Origin: Halomicrobium mukohataei DSM 12286
Lineage (GTDB): Archaea; Halobacteriota; Halobacteria; Halobacteriales; Haloarculaceae
Assembly: GCF_000023965.1 (NCBI RefSeq)
Contig: NC_013202.1
Coordinates: forward strand, 2,160,001-2,192,000
Length of the DNA stretch: 32,000 nt
Reading direction: 5' to 3'
The position numbers were made by a program, and so were the translations under genes. A model generated the notes under the pieces. That model made no database searches. It saw nothing but the letters and a program-made list of their open reading frames with translations, and was not told where the DNA came from. Shown in pieces: positions 23,803-31,421 of this stretch (position 1 is its first letter; each line of letters starts with the position of its first letter).

Positions 23803-24879
23803 ATGAAAGACGACGATCTCATCGACGTTCTCGAAGACGCGGGTCTGTCTCCGTACCAGGCGGAGGCCTACGTGACCCTGCTCGAACTCGGGAGCGCCTC
23901 GGCGACCGACATCGCGGACGCGTGTGACGTGCCCGATCCGCGGATCTATGACGTGCTCCGAGACCTCGAATCCAAGGGATACATCGAGACCTACCAGCAG
24001 GACAGTCTCACGGCACGCGCCCACGACCCGGAGACGGTACTCGACGACCTCCGGTCCCGATCCAGCGAGTACCTCTCGGCGGCCGAAGAGATCGAGGACC
24101 GCTGGAACCAGCCCGCCGTCGCCGAACACGAGGTGAGCATCGTCAAGCGGTTCGAGACGGTGATGAACCGCGCCCGCGAGATCATCGACAACGCCGAGAA
24201 ACAGATCCAGATCGCGGTCGACGTCGACCAGTTTCACTCGCTGAAGGACGCGCTCGGGGACGCACGCGACCGGGGCGTCCACGTCAAGCTCAGCCTCTGT
24301 ACTCGCGAGGGCGATCGACTGCCGTCCGAGGAAGCACTCGCGAGCGTCTGTACCGAAGCCCGCCACCGGGACACGCCCTCCCCCTTCCTCGTGCTCGTGG
24401 ACCGCCGGTGGACCTGCTTTGCGCCACACAGCCAGTCGGTCAACGAGTACGGCGTCCTCGTCAGCGACCGGACCCACACGTACGTGTTCCACTGGTTCTT
24501 CCTCACCTGCCTCTGGGAGATCTGGGACACCATCTACACGCTCCGGACGCCGGAGACGCCGACGACGTACGTCGATCTCCGTCACTGCGTCCGCGACGTG
24601 GATCCGCTGCTGGATGAGGGAGCGACGATCGTCGCGACCGTCGAGGGCTACGAAACGGACACACACGAGACCGTCACCCTTCACGGTCGGATCACGCGCG
24701 TGCGGTACACGGGCGAGACCGCCGGCCGCGACCAGCAACTCCCGCTGTCACAGCTCGCGGGTCGGGTGAGTATCACGCTCGAAACCGACGACGGACCGGT
24801 CGAAGTCGGCGGGTGGGGGGCCGTCATCGAGGAGGTCGAGGCCTCGGAGATCACGATCGAGGACGTTCGCTACGATTGA
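23803..24879 (+). CDS. trmB: TrmB-family sugar-responsive transcriptional regulator
   Basis: The N-terminal wHTH is LSPYQAEAYVTLLELGSASATDIADACDVPDPRIYDVLRDLESKGYIE, followed by a coiled-coil linker and a C-terminal effector domain. A TATA-like CATATAAC lies ~30 nt upstream. Confidence 0.85.
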   Translation: MKDDDLIDVLEDAGLSPYQAEAYVTLLELGSASATDIADACDVPDPRIYDVLRDLESKGYIETYQQDSLTARAHDPETVLDDLRSRSSEYLSAAEEIEDRWNQPAVAEHEVSIVKRFETVMNRAREIIDNAEKQIQIAVDVDQFHSLKDALGDARDRGVHVKLSLCTREGDRLPSEEALASVCTEARHRDTPSPFLVLVDRRWTCFAPHSQSVNEYGVLVSDRTHTYVFHWFFLTCLWEIWDTIYTLRTPETPTTYVDLRHCVRDVDPLLDEGATIVATVEGYETDTHETVTLHGRITRVRYTGETAGRDQQLPLSQLAGRVSITLETDDGPVEVGGWGAVIEEVEASEITIEDVRYD

Positions 24880-25097
24880 CATCCTCCCCGACGTGTCGAT
24901 TTCTGGCTCCGGTAACCTCTTCCTAGCGATCGTTTTCACCCCCTGTTAACGCAGATTCGAAAACCAACAACGAGTTTCACGTGGAGCCCCGATTTCCGTC
25001 GGCGTTCCCCGACCATTTAAAAGTAAGTTCGCGGTTGTCGTTCTCTTCTTGTATACTATTACAAAATATATGTCTTCACAGTCCGTGTGAATCTCTG

Positions 25098-25118
25098 TTT
25101 ACAACAGGTGTGGTTAAC
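25098..25118 (+). promoter_or_regulatory. TTTACAAC-family box e (TTTACAACAGGTGTGGTTAAC) in front of the ABC operon
   Basis: The ACAAC core lies 36 nt before ATG 25137. The region is AT-rich, with additional TTGTA/TACAA elements at about 25050-25070. Confidence 0.5.
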
Positions 25119-25136
25119 TATCGGCAACGCTTAAGT

Positions 25137-26708
25137 ATGATGGCTGCAACTCAACGAAAGACGATGTCAAATAATCATTCGGACGACGACGGACAGCGAA
25201 GCAGTGTCTCTCGACGACGGTTCGTCGCAGCCAGCGGTGCATCGGGCGTCGCGGCGACACTCGCCGGCTGCGCAGATCTGGTCGGTGGCGGGGACGGCGG
25301 CGACGGTGGCAGCGACGGCGGCGACGGTACCGGAGCGACGACGGGCGAGGGCGGGAGCGACGGCGCGACGACGATCCAGTGGGGCATCGGGCCGACCGCC
25401 GTCCAGACGGCCGGCGAGGAGATGAAGACGGCACTCCACGAAGCGGGTGGCCTCAGAGACGACATCGAGATCGAGTGGGTCCCCAGCGCCTCGGACACGG
25501 GCGAGGTCCGCTCGAACTACAACCGCATCCTCAACGCGGACCAGAGCGACCCCGATATCTTCCAGATGGACAACGGCTGGGTGAACATCTTCATCCAGCG
25601 CGGGCTGATCCAGAACCTCTCGGAGACGCTCCCGGAGGATCTCCTCTCGGACATCAACGAGAACTACTTCAGCGGGTTCACCGACACGGCCCGAGACCCG
25701 TCGTCGGGTGACCTCTACGGCGTGCCGCTGTTCCCCGACTTCCCGACGATGCAGTACCGCAAGGACCTCGTCGAACAAGCGGGCTACGACCCGGAAAGCG
25801 AGAACTGGGCGACCGAGCCGATGACGTGGGAGGAGTGGTCCCACGTCGTCGCCGACGTGAAGGACAACGCCGACGCCGAGTACGGCTTTACGACCCAGTG
25901 GGACATCTACGAGGGCACCGCCTGCTGTACGTTCAACGAGGTCATGTCATCGTGGGGCGGCGCGTACTTCGGCGGCCGCGAGAACCTCTTCGGTCCGGTC
26001 GGCGAGCGTCCGATCACGGTCGACGAGCCCGAGGTCCACAACGCGCTCAACATGATGCGGAAGTTCGTCCACGACGAGGAGTTCGACGGGACCTTCGCGG
26101 ACTACGCCGGCAACATCGCGCCGACGGACATCCTCGGCTGGATCGAGGAGCCCTCTCGCTCGCCCTTCGCCGAGGGCGACGCAGTCTTCCACCGCAACTG
26201 GCCGTACTCGCTCGCGCTGACCGGCCGGAACCCCGAGGAGACCGACGATCCCGCACTCGGCGAGGACCTGGGTGCGATGCCGATCCCCTACGCCGTCTCC
26301 GAGAGCGAGGCCGCCCAGCCCGGAACCGGTGGCACGACCTCGGCGCTCGGTGGCTGGCACCTCACGTTCAACCCCAACAGCGACAACCTCGACGTCATCG
26401 ACGAGGTCGTCTCGGCCGTCATGGAGCCGGACTTCGCCCTCGAACTGTTCCGACTGCAGGGGTGGCTCCCGCCGCGTCCCGAGCTGTTCAACTCCGACGA
26501 GGCCCGGAACGTCGCACCGGTCGGGCGCTACATGGACACGCTCCAGGTGGCCGGTGAGAACGCGATGGCACGGCCGGTCACGCCGGTCTGGAGCCAGCAG
26601 TCCAGCGACATCGCCCAGTCGGCCAACAGGGTCGTCGGCCAGGAAACCTCGGCCGAGGACGCGATGGCTTCGCTGACCTCCAGCCTCGAAGCCACCGAAC
26701 AGAACTGA
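25137..26708 (+). CDS. ABC sugar transporter substrate-binding lipoprotein (CUT1 / family-1 solute-binding protein), Tat signal
   Basis: SRRRFVAASGASGVAATLAGC gives a twin-arginine motif plus a lipobox, followed by a Gly/Asp-rich linker and an SBP_bac_1-like body. The start is ATG 25137 or 25164. Confidence 0.85.
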   Translation: MMAATQRKTMSNNHSDDDGQRSSVSRRRFVAASGASGVAATLAGCADLVGGGDGGDGGSDGGDGTGATTGEGGSDGATTIQWGIGPTAVQTAGEEMKTALHEAGGLRDDIEIEWVPSASDTGEVRSNYNRILNADQSDPDIFQMDNGWVNIFIQRGLIQNLSETLPEDLLSDINENYFSGFTDTARDPSSGDLYGVPLFPDFPTMQYRKDLVEQAGYDPESENWATEPMTWEEWSHVVADVKDNADAEYGFTTQWDIYEGTACCTFNEVMSSWGGAYFGGRENLFGPVGERPITVDEPEVHNALNMMRKFVHDEEFDGTFADYAGNIAPTDILGWIEEPSRSPFAEGDAVFHRNWPYSLALTGRNPEETDDPALGEDLGAMPIPYAVSESEAAQPGTGGTTSALGGWHLTFNPNSDNLDVIDEVVSAVMEPDFALELFRLQGWLPPRPELFNSDEARNVAPVGRYMDTLQVAGENAMARPVTPVWSQQSSDIAQSANRVVGQETSAEDAMASLTSSLEATEQN

Positions 26709-26722
26709 GTTTAGCGCCTAGC

Positions 26723-26741
26723 TTTACAACTCTGGTATGTC
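26723..26741 (+). promoter_or_regulatory. TTTACAAC-family box f between the SBP and permease genes
   Basis: tttacaactctggtatgtc is followed by a Shine-Dalgarno-like GAGAGGTGA (26771-26779), 6 nt before ATG 26786. Confidence 0.35.
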
Positions 26742-26785
26742 ATCACTAAACATGGATGGGATGTCGATATGAGAGGTGACCGCCT

Positions 26786-27775
26786 ATGAGTACCGAGACG
26801 GCGGGTGGTGAACGCGAATCACGTCGCTCGGGGCCGCTGGTTCGTGTCACCCGCTGGATGGAGAACCTCAGCGACACCACCTACGCGTACCTGCTCTTGA
26901 CGCCCGTGTTCGTCCTGCTGGGGAGTATCGCCATCTACCCCCTGTTGCGGACCTTCGAGATGTCGCTGTTCGCCCAGACGTTTACCGGCCTCGGGGAGTT
27001 CGTCGGCCCGGGGAACTACGTCGACCTGTTCACCGGGAACATGGATCGGTACCTCCCCGGACAGCCGACGTTCCTGCCACAGAGCTACGGCGTGCAGGGC
27101 CTCGTGACGAGCGCGCTGACGATGACGCTTCTCTTCGCGTTCGTGAGCGTGTTCTTCGAGACGATCATCGGCATGGGGCAGGCGCTGATCCTCGATCAGG
27201 AGTTCTACGGTCGCCGCTGGATTCGTGCCGCGATCATCATCCCGTGGGCGGTGCCGGTCGTCATTCAGGGGATGATGTTCTACCTGATGTTCCAGCCCAG
27301 CATCGGATTCCTGACGCCGCCACTGGCGGATCTCGGCCTGCTCGCGCCCACGAACACGCTCAACGACCCCGCGAGCGCGACGTTCGTCATCATCGTCGCC
27401 GACATCTGGAAGACCTCGGCGTTCATGGCGCTGCTGATCCTCGCGGGCCTCCAGAGCATCGACCGTGGCCTCTACGACGTGGCGAAAGTCGCCGGGGCCT
27501 CGAAGTGGCAGCAGTTCAAGCACATCACCTTCCCGCTGATCCTGCCGACCATCGCCGTCGCGGTGCTGTTCCGGTCGGTCGCGGCCATGCGGGTGTACGG
27601 GATCATCGACATCGTCTCCAGCTGTACCGTCGTGCCGTCGCTGTCCTGTATGGTCGTCGAGTCCTTCTTTTCGGGCTTCAACGCGGCCGCCGGGACCATC
27701 GCGTTCACCACGGCGGCGATCATCGGGCTGGTCGTGATGTCGCTGATCCTCTGGCAGGGAGAGGAGGCGATCTAA
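26786..27775 (+). CDS. ABC sugar transporter permease (MalF/UgpA-like)
   Basis: Six TM segments are present, with the EAA-type loop (LQSIDRGLYDVAKVAGASKWQQFKHITFPLI). Confidence 0.9.
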   Translation: MSTETAGGERESRRSGPLVRVTRWMENLSDTTYAYLLLTPVFVLLGSIAIYPLLRTFEMSLFAQTFTGLGEFVGPGNYVDLFTGNMDRYLPGQPTFLPQSYGVQGLVTSALTMTLLFAFVSVFFETIIGMGQALILDQEFYGRRWIRAAIIIPWAVPVVIQGMMFYLMFQPSIGFLTPPLADLGLLAPTNTLNDPASATFVIIVADIWKTSAFMALLILAGLQSIDRGLYDVAKVAGASKWQQFKHITFPLILPTIAVAVLFRSVAAMRVYGIIDIVSSCTVVPSLSCMVVESFFSGFNAAAGTIAFTTAAIIGLVVMSLILWQGEEAI

Positions 27776-27776
27776 C

Positions 27777-28769
27777 ATGGCGACGATAGACGACACCGAC
27801 GAGCCGGACGGACCGCTCAACCGCTGGGTCCAGCGGGCGATCGAGGACCCGGAACGCGTCTACCGGGCGCTGTTCTACACCGCGATGGTCTTTTTCATGG
27901 TCACCACGCTGTTTCCGTTCTACTGGCTGCTGGTGCTGGCGGTGACGCCCAACAGCGAGATCATCGGCGGCGGTTTCATCCCGGAAATCGAGCTGTTCGG
28001 GGCGACGGTCCCGTTCCCGCTGCCGGTCCCACAGGGGTTCAATCCGGGCGCGTTCGTCGACGTGTTCAGGGAGATTCCGTTTCACCTGTACATGCTGAAC
28101 AGCTTCGCGCTGGCGGTGACGACGACGATCATCGTGCTCGTCGTCGCCAGTCTGGCGGGCTACGTCTTCGGCCGCCTGGAGTTCCCGGGCCGGGCAGTGC
28201 TGATGCTCGCGATTCTGGCGATCAGCTACTTCCCGCCCGCCGCCTTCGTCGTCCCGCTGTACGACGTCTTCGCCGGCAACGCCGTGAACATCCCCTTCAC
28301 GGACGTGGCGCTGTTTCAGTCGATCGAACTGCTGAACACGCCGGGGTCGATGGTGCTTCCCTTCAGCGCCCTGTTCATGCCGCTGTCGATCTTCATCCTG
28401 ACGACGTTCTACGGCCAGATTCCGGACGGACTGGAGGACGCGGCCCGCGTCGAAGGGACGACCCGACTCGGCGCGCTGTTCCGGGTCATCATGCCGCTGT
28501 CGGCCCCCGGCGTGGCGACCGCAGCGGTCTTGACGTTCATCTCGGTGTACAACGAGTACTTCTTCAGCTCGATCATGGCGACCTCCCCGCAGGCGGGCAA
28601 CTGGTCGCCCCTGGTCGGCGGGATCCTCAGCTACCAGACCCAGTACACTACCTCGTTCAACCTGATGGCGGCGGCGAGCGTCGTGGGCGTGCTCCCGATG
28701 CTCATCCTCGTCGTCGTCGCACAGGAACGCATCGTCAGCGGACTCACCTCGGGAGCACTCAAGGAGTAA
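27777..28769 (+). CDS. ABC sugar transporter permease (MalG/UgpE-like)
   Basis: The protein is polytopic, with the EAA loop (IPDGLEDAARVEGTTRLGALFRVIMPL). It starts 1 nt after the upstream stop. Confidence 0.9.
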   Translation: MATIDDTDEPDGPLNRWVQRAIEDPERVYRALFYTAMVFFMVTTLFPFYWLLVLAVTPNSEIIGGGFIPEIELFGATVPFPLPVPQGFNPGAFVDVFREIPFHLYMLNSFALAVTTTIIVLVVASLAGYVFGRLEFPGRAVLMLAILAISYFPPAAFVVPLYDVFAGNAVNIPFTDVALFQSIELLNTPGSMVLPFSALFMPLSIFILTTFYGQIPDGLEDAARVEGTTRLGALFRVIMPLSAPGVATAAVLTFISVYNEYFFSSIMATSPQAGNWSPLVGGILSYQTQYTTSFNLMAAASVVGVLPMLILVVVAQERIVSGLTSGALKE

Positions 28770-28771
28770 TC

Positions 28772-29953
28772 ATGGCACGCCTCAAACTCGAACACGTCAC
28801 GAAACGCTACGAAGATGTCACGGCAGTCGACGACATGAACCTCGATATCGAAGACGGGGAGTTCGTCTGTCTCGTCGGCCCCTCGGGCTGTGGGAAGTCG
28901 ACGACGATGGAGACGATCGCCGGTCTCACCATCCCGACCGAGGGGAAGGTGTTCATCGGCGATCGGGACGTGACGAACCTGCCGCCCAAGGACCGCGGGA
29001 TCGCGATGGTGTTCCAGAACATCGCGCTCTTTCCCCACATGGACGTGTACGACAACATCAGCTTCGGCCTGCGTCTCAGGGATTACCCCAAAGAGGAGAT
29101 CGATCGCCGCGTCGAGCGGGCCGCCGACATCGTGCAACTGGAGGGGATGCTCGAACGGATGCCGGACGAGATGTCCGGCGGCCAACGCCAGCGCGTCGCG
29201 ATCGCGCGTGCGATCGTCCGGGAGCCCGACGTGTTCCTGATGGACGAACCGCTGGCGAATCTCGACGCCAAACTCCGGGTCCACATGCGGACGGAACTCC
29301 AGCGACTCCACAAGGAACTGGACACGACGATCATCTACGTCACCCACGACCAGGCCGAGGCGATGACGATGTCGGACCGGATCGCCGTCCTCGACACCGG
29401 GGAACTCCAGCAGATCGATCCGCCGCTGGTCTGTTACAACGAACCGACGAACCTCTTCGTCGCGGGCTTTATCGGCTCCCCGTCGATGAACTTCCTCAAC
29501 GGCACCGTCGGGACCGACGCGATCGAGACGCCGAACTTCTCGATCGAGTTCGATCCCGCCCGCGTCGACGGGCTGGCACCTGGCGACGACGTGACCGTCG
29601 GCGTCCGGCCGGAAGACGTGTATCCCGAGTCGGTGGCCGACGACGTCGCCCACCCCACCGCCGCGATCCAGGCCCGTTCGGACGTGCTGGAGCCGATGGG
29701 CGACGAGATCTTCGCGTACCTCCTGCTGGGCGACGGCGAGACATCGATGTCACAGGAGGCCGCGACGGACGATCAGTTGCTCATGAGCATCGAACCGGAC
29801 TCAGACCTCCGGGAAGAAGAGGCGGTCAGCGTCGTGCTCGACCGGCGAAAGATCCACCTGTTCGACGACGCGACCGGCGACGCCATCGCCCACGGAATCG
29901 TCGACGTGACCGGCGAGGGATCGACGGGGACGCGCGCGGAGAGTGACGACTGA
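28772..29953 (+). CDS. ABC sugar transporter ATPase (MalK/UgpC-like)
   Basis: Walker A is GPSGCGKST, the signature is MSGGQRQR and Walker B is VFLMDEP. A C-terminal TOBE-like regulatory domain is present. Confidence 0.9.
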   Translation: MARLKLEHVTKRYEDVTAVDDMNLDIEDGEFVCLVGPSGCGKSTTMETIAGLTIPTEGKVFIGDRDVTNLPPKDRGIAMVFQNIALFPHMDVYDNISFGLRLRDYPKEEIDRRVERAADIVQLEGMLERMPDEMSGGQRQRVAIARAIVREPDVFLMDEPLANLDAKLRVHMRTELQRLHKELDTTIIYVTHDQAEAMTMSDRIAVLDTGELQQIDPPLVCYNEPTNLFVAGFIGSPSMNFLNGTVGTDAIETPNFSIEFDPARVDGLAPGDDVTVGVRPEDVYPESVADDVAHPTAAIQARSDVLEPMGDEIFAYLLLGDGETSMSQEAATDDQLLMSIEPDSDLREEEAVSVVLDRRKIHLFDDATGDAIAHGIVDVTGEGSTGTRAESDD

Positions 29954-29955
29954 CC

Positions 29956-30162
29956 ATGGTCGCCGACACCGCCGCCGTGGTGTACTGGAGCGGGATGGTC
30001 GTCCTGTTTTTCTTCTGGGTCTACGGCATCGTGTCGTTCGCCTTCGACCTGCGAAACAAGATCATCCCGGGGGTACTCCAGTACCGACGCGGCCGCCGCA
30101 AGCGCAAAGCTGAACGGGAACGCGAACAGGAGCGAGAAGAAAAGGAACAACAGCTGTACTGA
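29956..30162 (+). CDS. Putative 68-aa single-pass membrane protein with an Arg/Lys/Glu-rich tail
   Basis: The ATG lies 2 nt after the ATPase stop (TGACCATG). The hydrophobic N-terminus is VVYWSGMVVLFFFWVYGIVSFAF, followed by RRGRRKRKAEREREQEREEKEQQ. Third positions in the hydrophobic part are GC-rich. Confidence 0.45.
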   Translation: MVADTAAVVYWSGMVVLFFFWVYGIVSFAFDLRNKIIPGVLQYRRGRRKRKAEREREQEREEKEQQLY

Positions 30163-30211
30163 ATAATTCCCGAGCGTTTTTATCCCCGTCCCACGGAGGC
30201 ACGGACAGAGA

Positions 30212-31276
30212 ATGACTGACATAGAAGACGTTCGACTCGGCTTCGTTGGACTCGGCAACATCGCACACCTGCACGCGGACCAGGTACTCGACGTGGGGGG
30301 GACGGTGGCCGCCGGGACCGACATCGACGAGGACGCTCGCGAGGAGTTCGCGGCGGCCTACGACGCCGACGTGTACGAAGACGAGGGCGCGATGTACGAG
30401 TACGTCGACGCCGTCGTCGTCTCGACGCCCAACACGTTCCACGAGGAGTACGTGACCAGCGCGCTCGAAGCGGGCCTCTCCGTGCTCGTCGAGAAGCCAC
30501 TCGCCCACTCTCTGGAGAGTGCCGAGCGGATCGCGGACGTGGCGGCCGACGCCGAGGGCTTTTGCATGGTCGGGTTCCACAACCGCTTCCGGGGGCCGGT
30601 CCAGGTCCTCGACCAGTACCGCCGGGACGGCGAACTCGGCGACGTCTCTCACGTCGAAGCGAACTACATCCGCCGACGCGGCGTCCCCGGTCGTGGCAGC
30701 TGGTTCACCCGGAAGGAGGTCTCCGGCGGCGGCGCGGTCATCGACATCGGGACCCACGCCATCGACGTGGCGCTACACCTGCTGGGCTTCCCGGAGATCG
30801 AAGAGGTCTCGGCACAGACCCGCGCGCAGTTCGGTCCGGACGACGACTACACGTATCTGAACATGTGGGGCTACGACGAGGGTGCCGGCGGCTTCGACGT
30901 CGACGACTCCGCCACGGCGTTCGTCCGCTGTGCGAACGGCACGACGATCTCGCTGGAGGTCGCGTGGGCGAGCAACCGCTACCCGAGTCAGGAACTCGTC
31001 GTTCGCGGCGACGGAGGCGGCGCGCACCTCGACATGGCCGACGACTCCCTGACCGTGCTCGATACGGCCGACGACGGCGCGGCCCACCACCGTGACACCG
31101 AGATCGAGACCGCAGACCAGGAGGCTCACGGACTCGAACAGGAGTACTTCCTCGAACACGTCGCCAGCGGCGACACCCCCGAGATGAACACGATCGAGCA
31201 GGGGCTGACCGTCCAGCGCGTGATGGACGCGATCTATCGGTCCAGCGAGGCCGGCAAAGCGGTCTCGGTGGAGTAG
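30212..31276 (+). CDS. Gfo/Idh/MocA-family NAD(P)-dependent oxidoreductase (copy 2)
   Basis: The Rossmann N-terminus is LGFVGLGNIAHLH and the EKP motif is VLVEKPLA. A TATA-like TTTTTATC lies ~33 nt before the ATG. Confidence 0.85.
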   Translation: MTDIEDVRLGFVGLGNIAHLHADQVLDVGGTVAAGTDIDEDAREEFAAAYDADVYEDEGAMYEYVDAVVVSTPNTFHEEYVTSALEAGLSVLVEKPLAHSLESAERIADVAADAEGFCMVGFHNRFRGPVQVLDQYRRDGELGDVSHVEANYIRRRGVPGRGSWFTRKEVSGGGAVIDIGTHAIDVALHLLGFPEIEEVSAQTRAQFGPDDDYTYLNMWGYDEGAGGFDVDDSATAFVRCANGTTISLEVAWASNRYPSQELVVRGDGGGAHLDMADDSLTVLDTADDGAAHHRDTEIETADQEAHGLEQEYFLEHVASGDTPEMNTIEQGLTVQRVMDAIYRSSEAGKAVSVE

Positions 31277-31421
31277 CTCCCCCGGATTGCGGTCCGTTCC
31301 CGACGGCGACCCGCGCTGTCAGCAGCGACGGCGCTGTCTGTCGGCGCGAAAGGCGCAAATTACGCCGGACCGCGCGAGAGAGGAAGACTTAATCCCCGGT
31401 GCTCACATCTTCCGACCACGT

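Noticed and set aside
24943-25118. GTTAAC hexamers (22420, 24944, 25113) as an independent signal
   Set aside because: Three copies is roughly what base composition predicts for this window. Only the copies embedded in the longer conserved boxes are meaningful.
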